Source: Chiloscyllium plagiosum (Eukaryota). Taken from it: DNA of 64,000 nucleotides. Under the pieces are notes generated by a model, which saw nothing but the letters and a program-made list of their open reading frames with translations, searched no databases and was not told the DNA's origin. Positions 39,900 to 52,229 of this stretch are shown piece after piece (the stretch's first letter is position 1; each line of letters opens with the position of its first letter). The DNA is taken from assembly GCF_004010195.1 (NCBI RefSeq), contig NC_057718.1, positions 74,498,330 to 74,562,329 of the forward strand, written 5' to 3'. The translations under genes and the position numbers were made by a program.

Positions 39900-40995
39900 C
39901 AATAGTAAAGTTAGATCACATGGGATTCAGGCTGGGTTTGTCAGTTGGATACAAAATTGGCTTCACAGGAGGAGACAGAGGGGTGGTGGAGGGTTGTTTT
40001 TTTGGACTGGAGGCCTGTGACCAGTGGTGTTCCACAGGGATCGGTACTGGATTCACTTTTGTCTTGTCATTTATATAAATGATTTGGATGAGAATTTAGG
40101 AGACATGGTTGGTGAGTTTGCAGATAACTTAAAATTGGTCGTATAGTGGACAGTGAAGAAGGTTATCTAAGATTATAAAGACAGCTTGATCAATTCGGTC
40201 AATGGGCTGAAGAGTGGCAAATGGAGTTTAATTTGGATAAATGCAATGTATTGCATTTTAGTAAAAACAAACAGGGCAGGTCTTTTACAATTAATGATAG
40301 GGCCATGGGAAATGTTATAGAACTGAGAGACCTAGAGGTTCAGGTATAAAGTTCTTTGAAATTTGCCTCACATGGAGGCAGAATGGTTAAGAAGATATTG
40401 AGCATGCTCACTTTCATTTCTCAGGCCTTTGAATATAGGAGTTGGGACATCATATTGCGAATGTATAGGACATTGGTGAGTTATCTTCTGCTGTATTGTG
40501 TACAGTTTTGGTCATCCATACTATTAAATTGGAGAGGGTTTAGAAAAGATTTACCAGGATGTTGCCCAGAATGGAAGGTTTGAGTTATAAAGATGGAGGC
40601 TGGGCCTTTTTTTACTGGGATGTAGGAGGTTGAGGGGTGACCTTATAGAAGTTTATAAAATCATGAAGGGCATAGATAAGATGGATAGCAAGACTCTTTT
40701 CCCTAAAGTGGGGAAGTTCAAAACTAGGGCACATATTTTTAAAGTGAGAGGAGAAAGATTTAAAAAGGACATGAGGGGAAATGTTTTTACGTAGACAGTG
40801 GTTCATATGTGGAATGAACTGCCAGAGGAAGTGGTGGATGCAGGTACAGTTACAACATTTAAAAGTACATGAATAGGAATGGTTTGGAGGGAAATGGACC
40901 AAAAACAGGCAAGTGGGACTAGTTTGGTTTAGGAACACAGTTGACATAGACAAGTTTGACCGAAGGGTCTGTTTCTGTGCTTTATGACTCTGACT
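39900..40995 (+). mobile_element. CR1 LINE 3' portion
   Basis: YCVQFWS, RGDLIEVYKIMKG, WNELPEEVV; GACTCT tail. Confidence 0.9.
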
Positions 40996-42297
40996 CTCAT
41001 TGATAACCAATCATTGGAATTAAGAAAAGTAAGAAATTTGATAATTTCTAAGTAAGTAAAGCTAGGGGAAAAAAAGCAAAACAGACGGTCTGGATATAGG
41101 ATGGAGGACTTTCTTAAAGTAAATCACAGAATAGTTGGATGGTTATGCTGGATGCTCCAAAGTTCTTTCCATTATGTGGGTGACCAGGAATACCGACCAC
41201 TCTTATCACCTATTAGTATTAATTACTATTAATCTACAGTGAAAGGATTTTCAGATTGATACTCAACTTTTTGGCTGCATTATGAATGCACCTTCCTTCA
41301 CTATCATCTCCTGGGATGGGACTTGGAACCCAGAGCTTTGGTTCAGAGGCAATGTTGCCACTCATTGCATTACAAGACTTATGCTGAGAAATAAATATAA
41401 GGAATTTTAAGAAATTTAAGGAACTACACATAAACCATTGTTCTCACCATACAGAGTGTTTGAAGCCTTAGACACTGAGGAGCGAACATATAAAAGGGCA
41501 GGTCTTGCAAATTAATAATTTAGTTGTATTGTTGTAGGGTTATGGGCATCCTCAACACACAGATCTCTGAATATTTAAACAGCTAGAGTGGTGTGGTAAA
41601 GTATGTCTATTAATAATGATTCATTCCTTGCAGGCATGCTAGGAAGGATATAAGTTTTCTGATGTTGATCCCTTGTGTCACCTGGCTTGGAAAATTGTAT
41701 ACACATGACAGACTACATAATGCAATGCCATCTACTAGCACCTAGAGGATGTGAAAAGTATCTTGTCTTTAATTGGACATACAGTGCTTCACACAAAATC
41801 TGATTTGAAATCAGTTCCCGTTTTTTGACAGATGTCAAAAACCATTTGTGTTGACAAGTAGAATTTCTGAAAACACAGACATTTGCCATTTCAACTTTAT
41901 AAAAGCACTGAAACATTTACACATGTAGATATCACCTCTGCTCTCCACCATTTTTCCCTGACCTAAATCAGCACTACATCCAAGAGATAAGCTCTGCCAT
42001 TTTATGAAGTTCAATGTTGCACCCTAGCTATTTATTTTTCACATTTAAGAATTGATTCTATTATACATCCATAATTGCATTCTGTGTACAAAATGAGTTT
42101 TTGTCTTGACTGATGTCATCATAAGATAAAAAGGTACCACTGCACAATTATCTTGCTCTTTGCCAGATAACACTCTTTGCAGTCAAGTGACATTTTTGTT
42201 TTTAGGATACTATCCTTAATCTCAATGGATAAAACTGAGGTATACCTCTGTGTATCCATGCAGGGCAGCTTCTTTAATGTGGCTTGCATTTATTACA

Positions 42298-43477
42298 CGG
42301 TCGATGAAGTGTGGCACTAGAAAAAGCACAGCAGGTCAGGCAGCATCTGAGGAGCAAAACCAAAGGATTGGCCTTTCAACAGGACTGGGGAGAAAGATTG
42401 AGGGCTAGTGGAAGGGTAGGTGGGATGGCGATAGGTGGGCGAAGGTAGAAAGTAATTGTGATAGGTCAGTGGGAAGTGTGGAGTGGATAGGTGGGAAGGA
42501 AGATGGAGAGGTAAGTCAGGTGAAGAGGGCATAGCCAAGTCGGAGGCTTGGATCTGGGATGAGGTGGGGATAGGGGAGATTTGAAAACTGGTGAATTCAA
42601 TGTTGAGGCTATGAGGTTGTAGGCTGCCAAGGTGGAAGATGAGGTGTTTCTCCTTCAGTTTGTGGGTGGGCTTGTTTAAATAGTGGAGGAGACTCAGAAT
42701 GGACCTGTCATGGGGGGAGTGTGAAGTGGAGTTGAAATGGTTTGCTACAGGAAGACCAGAGATGTTCCCTGAATCGTTCCGTGAGTTTGTGCTTGGTCTC
42801 TTCAATGTAGAGGAGACAACATCAAGAGCAATGGATGCAGTAAATAAGATTCGAGATGTGCAAGTAAACCTATGCTGGACATGGATTCATCCATGGGGCC
42901 TTGGACGGAGGTGAGGGAAGTTCTGCACCTCTTACGGCAGCAGGGCAAGGTGCCAGATGTGGAAAGGTGGGGAGTGTGGACCTAGTGAGAGAATCACAGA
43001 GGGAAAGGATTCTACAGAATGCAGATTGGGTTGGGGAGGGAAATATATTTTTGGTGGTGGGGTCTGATTGTAGCTGGCGAAAATGGCAGAGGATGATATG
43101 CTGGATTTGGAGATTAGAGTGATGGAATGTGAGGACCAGGGGATTCTATCCTTGTTGCAGTGAGGCTGGGGGGGTGGAAATCACCAGTTTCCATATCTCC
43201 CATCCCCCCACCCCATCTGTCCCTCTTCCTTCCCACCTATCTGCTCCACACTTCCCACCAATCTATCACAATCATTTTCTACTTTTGCCCACCTACCGCC
43301 ATTCCCCACTTATTTCTCAGCCGCCATCCCTCTCCCCAGTCCTGATGAAGGGTCAAGTCTGAAACATCAACTCTCATGCTCCTCAGATACTGCCTGACCT
43401 GCTCTGCTTTTTCCAGCGCCACACCTTATCAGCTCTGACTTCTCCAGCATCGGCAGGCCTCACTATCTCCTAGTTGC
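42298..43477. mobile_element. PLE family A (Neptune-like): inverted GIY-YIG endonuclease segment followed by direct terminal repeat
   Basis: TSD TGCA(T/C)TTATTACA (42285-42297/43478-43490); minus ORF 42317-42805 LPVANHFNSTSHS...KLKEKHLIFHLGSLQPHSLNIEF; plus-strand terminal repeat ~43180-43471 with hammerhead CTGATGA...GAAACATC at 43342-43368. Confidence 0.88.
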
Positions 43478-43740
43478 TGCACTTATTACATTAACACACA
43501 ACATTGACATTGGCAGTACGCCCTGCAAAGCTAAACAGCTCTGTGAATCATCTTTAGAAAATACTTTACATAGCTTAAAAACGTCTTGACTTTTGAAATA
43601 TCCCAAATGCCACTTGTCAGTGCTTGTCAAGTTAATGTTGATAGAAGTTCTAATGTTTCATACATTTACGATAACATTACATTCACATTAAGATAGTTTG
43701 ATTTGACTATCTGAATAGTCAAACTGCCCTGTACAATTGT

Positions 43741-43860
43741 GTGCTGAAGGAGCAGCGCTATGAAAGCTAGTGCTTCCAATTAAACCTGTTGGACTATAAC
43801 CTGGTGTTGTGTGATTTTTAACTTTGAACACCCCAGTCCAACACCGGCATCTTCAAATTG
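43741..43860 (+). mobile_element. PLE family C terminal fragment
   Basis: GAAGGAGCAGCGCTATGAAAGCTAGTG...CTGGTGTTGTGTGATTTTTAACT shared with 36500-36590 and 52150-52229. Confidence 0.8.
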
Positions 43861-44561
43861 TGAACAAACTGGATACCGAAAATTCTTGATATGGAAGTCA
43901 GGATGGGTACCTGGCGACTTCAGGTCACTGCTGGCTGCGAAGAGCCTCCCTGTTGCTCACAACAGAATAGCATCTCAGGGTAAATGCAATAGGGACCAGC
44001 TACATGTACTCCACCTCCATGGACATTGGCATTCAACAGAACTTAACTAAAAGATGCAAAACGTTGTTCTCTGTCCAAGATACACCTCGCTGGATCTCTC
44101 ATATATTCTGCTACATGTATTTCCATAGCTCTCACCATTCAGGCTCCTGTAAAACTCCAACCCAACATTTCAGGTTGACTCTTCATTAGAATTTAATGAA
44201 GGGTCACCATAAACCTGAAATGCTAACTCTATTTCTCTGCACATATACTGCCTGACCTGTTGAGTATTTCCAAAATTTTTTGTTTTATTTCAGGCTTTTA
44301 GTATATACAGAACATTGCTTTCTTTACTTTTATAAAAGCACAATAATAGGATGCGAGTCAAATTACTTTAATATAGACTTACAGCAAGTAAAGGACATGT
44401 CCAGTGGAGATTTCCTAATATGTGTGTGAGAGATCTTCTATAAACAATATGTTGTTAGTAAAATGAAGAAGCAGCATCGGATCTATTAAGCTACCGGGGA
44501 ATGAAGTCTCCATTTTTTATTGCTGATGTATAGGCAAAAGCAGTGTCATTTTACAATCAGA

Positions 44562-44777
44562 GCTGAAAATGTGTTGCTGGAAAAGCGCAGCAGGTCAGGC
44601 AGCATCCAAGGAACAGGAGAATCGACACTTCGGGCATGAGCCCTTCTTCAGGAAGGGCTCATGCCCGAAGCGTCGATTCTCCTGTTCCTTGGATGCTGCC
44701 TGACCTGCTGCGCTTTTCCAGCAACACATTTTCAGCTCTGATCTCCAGCATCTGCAGTCCTCACTTTCTCCTCGATA
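44562..44777 (+). mobile_element. Young fold-back PLE family A insertion
   Basis: Exact 14-bp TSD ATTTTACAATCAGA (44548-44561/44778-44791); 91-bp inverted arms 44556-44646/44652-44742, 5-nt loop, one mismatch. Confidence 0.92.
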
Positions 44778-45375
44778 ATTTTACAATCAGATGGTTAAGT
44801 TAGGTAATTATGTCAGGAGTACACGAGTACAGGAGTGGCTGCAAATCCTCCTTCATATTTATGAATTGAGCATTGAGTTGTCACACATTTAATGTCATGT
44901 TCTGGGAGACTACAGTTGCGCACTAGAAAGTGGCACACTGGAGACGTCTTAATTTACAACTTGTGCATTAAATGTCTGTTTCTGCCATGGTTTGTTCTGA
45001 TGGCCATGACCTTCACAGATGATTGAAGCCAGGGATCATCTGTGTTTGATCTTTCACAAGATGTTTGTGACTTGTTGTCAATTCCATTTAGTTTTCCAAA
45101 TTTCATCGGTGTTGGAACAATGTGAAAGGCTAACTTAAAAAAGGCTTGCATAACTTTAAACAGATTTGAGGCAATTGTTAAAGTGCTTTCAGGTGAAGAG
45201 ACAATTATATTTCCCAATTAACTGGAGTTCCCTGAAAGGTGTAGCATCATGGCAAATGGATTGGGAGTGATTTGCAACAGAATAAGCACACAATGTCCTG
45301 GAATCAACATGACTAATCCAGTGAAACACATTGTTACAGCCTTGTGTTAGGCAGCAACAAATTTCATACAGTTAC

Positions 45376-45497
45376 CTCTGGTTCATCTTGATTCGAACGA
45401 GGATGATTCTGGATGTCTGAAGCATTGGTAGTAAGGTTCTCCACTTGTGTTGGGCAGTTATGGTCCCAGTTGGCCTTGTCTTCATCTTGTAAACTAT
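45376..45497 (-). CDS. Weak candidate host coding exon (unknown product)
   Basis: AAACAG acceptor, 122 bp open in one frame (SLQDEDKANWDHNCPTQVENLTTNASDIQNHPRSNQDEPE), GAG|GTAACT donor, in non-repeat sequence; no recognised homology. Confidence 0.2.
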
Positions 45498-46070
45498 CTG
45501 TTTCACATTAAGCACAGAAGTTAGTATGCTGTCCAGCTTTACCAAATGATAGGTCCTCCTTCCATTTCCTGAGTTACTGATATTTCTAGCAAGTTACTCA
45601 TATTCCATATAGTAAAGGCTGATGCAAAATATCTCGATTCCACCTGTCATAACTTTATATTGTTAACATTAGTTCACTTTTCAAAGGACTAAGACTCATT
45701 TTGTGAATTCTTTTTTAAAAATATCTGCAGAAACTTTAAATATGTGTTTTTCTATTTCTAATTAGCTTCTTTTCACGTTTCAATTTTTTCTTACATTTTA
45801 ACTGTTTTGCACTTTTTAAATATTCTACCCAACCTTCAGAGCTGGCACCTGCCTTTCCACTATTTTGTGCTTTATCTTTAAACTTGATATCATCTAATTA
45901 TTTTTCAGTTTACCACAGAGGGTGACTCCTCCCTTTGGCATATTCCTTTCCATTGGAATGTATCTATTCTGAAACCCCTTTGAAATGTCTGCCACTGTAT
46001 CACTATTGACTGATCCCTTAACCTAATTTATCAATTCACTTCAGCTAGCTTTACAGTCACACCATCATAA

Positions 46071-46390
46071 TTAGATTACTTACATTAGATTACTTACAGT
46101 GTGGAAACAGGCGCTTCGGCCCAACAAGTCCACACCAACCCGCCGAAGCGCAACCCACTCATACCCTTACATTTACCCCTTTACCTGACACTACGGGCAA
46201 TTTAGCATGGCCAATTCACCTGACCTGCACATTTTTGGACTGTGGGAGGAAACCGGAGCACCCGGAGGAAACCCACGCAGATACGGGGAGAATGTGCAAA
46301 CTCCACACAGTCAGTCGCCTGAGTCGGGAATTGAACCCAGGTCTCTGGCGCTGTGAGGCAGCAATGCTAACCACTGTGCCACTGTGCCGC
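46071..46390 (-). mobile_element. Young V-SINE
   Basis: Complete tRNA head, V-domain and tail. Confidence 0.92.
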
Positions 46391-46448
46391 CCACAATCGG
46401 CTTTACTTAAGTTTAAAATGTTAGTGTTGAACCCAATCTTATCTCCTC

Positions 46449-46680
46449 AGACTGTGTGGAGTTTGCACATTCTCCCCGTGACTGTGTGGGTTTCCTCCGG
46501 GTGCTCCGTTTCCTCCCGCAGTCCAAAAATGTGCAGGTTAGGTGAATTGGCCATGCTAAACTGCCCATAGTGTTAGGTTAAGGGGTAAATATAGGGGAAT
46601 GGGTGTGGGTGGGTTGTGCTTCGGCGGGTCGGTTTGGACTTGTTGGGCCGAAGGGCCTGTTTCCACACTGTAAGTAATGT
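46449..46680 (+). mobile_element. 5'-truncated V-SINE, inverted relative to 46071-46390
   Basis: V-domain and tail. Confidence 0.9.
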
Positions 46681-47044
46681 AAAGTCTGAACATAAAATTC
46701 AATCATTTTATGATTGCTACCACTGAGAGACTGCTTCACCATTAGCTCAGTAATTAATCCTGTCTCACTGCCCTATACCTGGTCAAGTATAGCCTTCTTT
46801 CTGGGTGGCTCCAGAATGTGATGTTCCAAGACAATTCTTTCTTCTTTTATCCATCCTATGATGCAGCTACTGTTAAAGGGCTTGTACATCACTACCACAA
46901 GTATGTACAGGTTGTTAAGTACAAATTCTGAGGGAGAAAAAAAGTAAAAATAAAGAAACAAAAAGCCCAGCAATATAGATCATACAAATAACTTAAAAAA
47001 AACTTAAAGAAATTAAAATAATTTGTAATCTAGCCTCCACAACT

Positions 47045-48318
47045 GTAAGGCCTGTGACTAGTAGTGTTCCACAGGGATGGGTACTGGGTCCACTTTTGTT
47101 TGTCATGTACACAGTGGCACAGTGGTGTCATGTGGCACAGTGGTTAGAACTGCTGCCTCACAGTGCCAGAGACCAGGGTTCATTTCCCGCCTCCAAGTGC
47201 TCTAGTTTCCTCCCACAGTCCAAAAATGTGCAGGTTAGGTGAATTGGCCATGCTAAATTGCCCATAGTGTTAGGTGGAGGGGTAAATGTAGGGGAATGGG
47301 TGGGTTGCTCTTCGGAGGTTCTGTGTGGACTTGTTGGGCTGAAGGACCTGTTTCCACACTGTAAGTAATCTAATCTAATCTAAATGATTTGGACGAGAAT
47401 ATGGCAGGCATGTGTAGTAAGTTGTGGGATGACACTAAAGTTGGTAGTATAGTGGACAGTCAAGAAAGTGATCTAAGATTACAAAGAGATCTTGTTCAAT
47501 TGGGTCAATGAGCTGAGGAGTGGCAGATGGAATTTAATTTGGGTAAATGTCAGGTATTGCATTTCAGTAATACAAACAAGGACAGGACTTGTGCAATTAA
47601 TGGCAGGGCCCTGGGTGTGTTGTAGAACTGGGATATTTAGGGGGTCAGGTACATAATTCTTGAAATTTGCACGACAGGTAGACAGGATGGTTATGAAGAT
47701 GTTTAGCACACTTGCCTTCATTGCTCGGACCTTTGAATATAGGGGTTGAGACGTCATGTTAAGATTGTACAAGATGTTGGTGAGGCCTCTTCTAGACTAC
47801 TGTGTACAATTCTGGTTGCCCTGTTATAGGAAGGATATTATTGAATTGGAGAGGGTTCAGAAAAAAATTGTCAAGATATTGCCAGTCATGGAGGGTTTGA
47901 AAATCGATTGGAAAGGCTGGAACATTTTCCACTGGTCCTTAGGAGGTTGAGGGATGACCTTATTAAGGTTTATAAAATCATAAGGTGCATATATAAAGTA
48001 AATGACAATGGTCTTTTTCCTAGGATAGAGGACTTCAAGACTAGGGGGCATATTTTTAAGGTGAGAGAAGAAAGATATAAAAAAAGACATGTGGGGCAAT
48101 TTCTTTACACAGAGGCTGGTTCATGTGTGGAATGAACTGCCAGAGAAAGTGGTGAATGCAAGTGCAGTTAGACTGTTTAAATTATAAGTTCATGAGTAGG
48201 AAAGTTTGGAGTAATATAGGCCAAGTGCAAGCAGATGGGATTAGATCAGCTTGGCAACATGGTCAGCATGGACTGGTTGGACCGAAAGGTCTATCTCCAT
48301 GCTATATGATTCTGTAAC
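47045..48318 (+). mobile_element. CR1 LINE 3' portion with nested V-SINE (~47110-47382)
   Basis: TSSVPQGWVLGPLLFV; LYKMLVRPLLDYCVQFWLPCYRKDIIELERVQK. Confidence 0.9.
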
Positions 48319-48739
48319 TGTTTCAGTGGCTTAACTTTATTCTTTATCATCTCTCCCACAGCTGCTTGTACATCGTGGGTTTCCTGAACTTAATTCATCT
48401 CTCTCTGTTTTTTACTAATAGTTTAATTAATTATCAAATACACCCCTCCATTTATTCCTAGCTTCCTGTTCTTCCTAAATGCTATGTATCCTTGAAAGTC
48501 AAGACCCACTCTACGTCATCCTGCATCCGTTACTCTGTAACGGCTATCAGGTCGACTGATTTATTTCTATTTGCACTTTCGGTTCATTTGTTTTGCTTCA
48601 AATGCTATGTGCATTCAAATGTAGAGGCTTTAGTTTGATTCTTTTATTATTTTTCTAACTTTTAGCTTTATCTTTTGACTTACTCTTAGATTTGTCTTCT
48701 CTATCCTTTCCTGTCATGGTCTATTTATCATTTCCTATA

Positions 48740-48953
48740 CAGGTTATTCTGCTATAACATGTGTTAACATGAATTCGCTATAACACGATAGATGAAGTGG
48801 AGACACTGTTTCCAAAGTTCAAAGTTTTAAAGCATGTATTGGTTATAACGCGATTCTGGCCCCGTTAGTTTAAATGGTGTTGGGAGTACACGATTTCCTT
48901 ATAACAGGGGATTACATGAGAATGGAACTATTGCCTTATGGCAGAACTGACTG
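48740..48953. mobile_element. Tc1/mariner (Tigger/pogo-type) MITE
   Basis: TA TSD on both sides; imperfect TIRs CAGGTTATTCTGCTATAAC / CTTATGGCAGAACTGACTG; internal TATAAC repeats. Confidence 0.75.
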
Positions 48954-50999
48954 TACTAACATATTTCTCTCTTGCCTTATCTCAATTACTCTTTGATTGA
49001 CTATTTTCTCAAATTTTATCTTTTTCCCCCACTATTTTGTTTAAAAAGTTCCCTATTTCCCGAGTTAAGTGGCTTCCAAAAACATCAGCCTGAGTATGGT
49101 TCAGGTGTAGACAGTGCAATGGCACAGCTCCTACTTTCCCCAGTATTGGTGCCAATGGCTCATAAACCAGAACCCATTTCTAATGCATTAGCCTTTGAGC
49201 AAGCAATTAATTTTTAAAAATTTTATTTACCCAATTCCAATTTGCACATGGTTCAGTCAATAATCCAGAGACTATTCCCTTTGAAGTTGTGCTTCTTAGT
49301 TTAGTGCCTCATTCCTCATACTGTCTATGCAGAATTTATTTCCTTATCCAGTCTATATTGTTGAAACCTACATGGACCACAGTGACTGAATCTTCCTTCT
49401 CCCATTGTAAGTTCCTCTCCAGGCCTGAACAGATGTCATGAAACATGGCATTGGGCAGGCAATGAAATTTCCTGCACTCTTGCTCTTTGCTGCAAAGAAC
49501 AGCAATGTTATGCCTTCTGTTACTACATTCTTTTTTGATCCCCAAGTTGCAGGCTTCCTGTACCACAGTTGTACCATGCTTCACACTGCTGCCACCACTC
49601 TAATTTTTAAGAAAAAGAACATCAATATTGTGACCTCAAATATTTCAAATCAATAGAAACAACATGCAGCGTTATGGAAAGAAGGCACTAAATTAAAATG
49701 CTGAAACAGCCAGTAAGGGTGTGATGAACCAAATAGTTTCCTTTTGCAGTATAAGAATTCCATGACTTTGTTGCACAGTATCAAAAGCTGATCATATAAC
49801 CTTGCTTGCTGAATTGCCTCATCTGCTGCTGCACTCATCTGACTCTGACCACTGATCAAATCAGAGAGGCCTATTCTAGCGAGTGTGACTGTCTACTTGT
49901 ACATATTTTCCAGCATAAGTAATTAGCAGTAAATAGATTCAAGGAGGGAAAAAGGTAAGAAAAAAACAGCAAAATTAATAAATATGCTTAAATGCACATC
50001 ATATTTACAACAAAATAAATGAAATATGCCACAAATAGAGTTTAATGCAAACAACCATTATGGAGGCATTGTTACAAGGATGCAAGTTGGGAACTAAATA
50101 TTCAATCGTATGTCGGGAAGTGTGGTGATGTAATTTTGTCAGTCAAATAAGTATGATAGCAAGAAATTAGATGATATATGGGTGGAGGTTAGAAATATTA
50201 AGAGAAAAAAATACACTGGTGAAAGAAAGCACCCCATCCTTTTGTTAATATTCATTCACAGGATGTGGATGTCATTGGCCAGGACAGCATTTGTTTCCCA
50301 GCTGAAAATTGAGAGTCAACCACATTGCTGTGGGTCCGGAGTCACATGCAGGCCGCATCAGATACGGATGGCAGATTTCCTTCCTTAAAGGACATTTGTG
50401 AACCAGATGAGCTTTTCCAACCAAATTCATAACAGTTACATGATCATTATTAGACTTTTTAAGCCAGGGAGCTGAGATATTTGTATTATTGATAGCCATA
50501 GGTGAGGCTAACGTGGTGCCACTATTTAAGAAAGATGTCAAAAAAAAAGCATTTTGGAAACGCAAATCAGGGCAGGACTCGTACACTTAATGGTAAGGTC
50601 CTAAGGAATTTGCTGAACAAAGAGACCTTGGAGTGCACGTTCATAGTTCCTTGAAAGTGAAGTTGCAGGTAGATAGGCAGGTGAGCCTGACATAGGTGGC
50701 GGGCAAGTTGTTGGAGAGATTCCTGAGGGTCAGAATTTACATGTATTTGGAAAGGTAAGGACTGATTAGGGATAGTCAACATGGCTTTGTGCTTGTGAAA
50801 TCACATCTCACAAACTTAATTGAGTTTTTTGAAGAGATAACGATGAGGATTGATGAGGGCAGAGGGGTGGACGTAATCTATATGGATTTCAGCAAGGCAT
50901 TCAACAGGGTTTCTCATGGTAAACTGATTAGCCTGGTTAGATCACATAGAACATGGGGAGAACTAGCTATTTGGATAAAGAACTGGCTTGAAGGTAGAA

Positions 51000-52229
51000 C
51001 AACTGCCAAACCTTAAACAGATGATTGTTTGCAGCAAACTGCCCAGCCTTCAGGACAACATTGACCACAATACCGTACAACACTGTCATGTCAACCACTG
51101 CAAGACATGTCAGAATGTTGACACAGATATCACCATTACCCATGGAGCCACCACCCACCGTGTATGCAACAGGTACTCATGTGACTTGGCCAATGTTGTC
51201 TATCTCATACATTGCAGACAAGGATGCCCTGCGGCATGGTACATTGGTGAGACCAAGCAGATGCTACGATAATGTATGAATAGACACCGGGCAATAATCA
51301 CCAGACAGGGGTGTTCCCTCCCAGTCGGGGAACACTTCAGTGGTCACAGACATTCGGTCTCAGATCTTTGGGTGACTGTCCTCCTTGGTGGACTTCGAGA
51401 TAGGCAGCAACGCAAAGTGGCTGAAAAGAAGCTGACAGTCAAGTTCAGTACCAATGAGAATGGCCTCAACTGGGACCTTGGGTTCATGTCACACTTCAGG
51501 TGACCCCACTACGCTATACACTCTCACACACGCATACACAAGCACATATACACACACATTCTTACATATTCACACACACAAATATCCCCCACACTCTCAC
51601 CCATGCACACACCCTCTCACAGGCTTATACTCTATCACAGCCACACACACACTTTACCAAGCTTTCACACACGCAAACACACACTCTCTCATATGCACTC
51701 ACATGCGTGCACACACACATATATGAGTCTAATGGGTGAATTTGTATTTGCAGAATTATATTTGCAGGCACATTCTATCTTGCTCAAAAATTACACAATC
51801 TGCACGTAGTCAATGCAGGTAGTTAATATGTGTAATATTTTGTAAATTCCACTTTGGACACAGAACCAGTCTGACTCAAGATTAGGACAGACTGGAACTT
51901 CACACCTTTAATACAGTGTGTGAGCCGAAGTGTCACCTTTTATTATAAAACCTTAAGTTATCTTGAGAAGGTGATTTAAAAGAAGTTCTGGGATTTACAT
52001 ATTAATGAACCGAAACTTGCAACCTATTCTAAAAGATGAAAGCCTTATCAAGAATCCAGGTTTGTTCAATATATCATTTCAGTTGTGCGACACTATAATC
52101 TGTTGCTATAAATTCTGTGTCTTATGATCGTTTACTCCACAATCACCTGATGAAGGAGTAGCACTCCGAAAACTAGTGCTTCCAATTAAACCTATTGGAC
52201 TATAACCTGGTGTTGTGTGATTTTTAACT
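51000..52229 (+). mobile_element. 5'-truncated Penelope-like element (family C) with GIY-YIG endonuclease
   Basis: Exact 12-bp TSD TTGAAGGTAGAA (50988-50999/52230-52241); CHVNHCKTC...YSCDLANVVYLIHCRQGCPAAWYIGETKQMLR*CMNRHR...VGEHF...AEKKL...NGLN; (CA)-rich 3' UTR; terminal hammerhead. Confidence 0.92.
52144..52178 (+). ncRNA. Minimal hammerhead ribozyme motif (PLE family C)
   Basis: CAC-CTGATGA-A-GGAG-TAGCA-CTCC-GAAA-AC-TA-GTG: stem I CAC/GTG, stem II GGAG/CTCC; sister copies have palindromic AGCT in stem III. Confidence 0.72.

Noticed and set aside
43702..43723. 9-bp stem hairpin TTTGACTAT-CTGA-ATAGTCAAA
   Set aside because: Short AT-rich inverted repeat, expected occasionally by chance in 64 kb.
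51500..51810. His/Thr-rich ORFs
   Set aside because: Translation of the (CA)-rich 3' UTR of the PLE.
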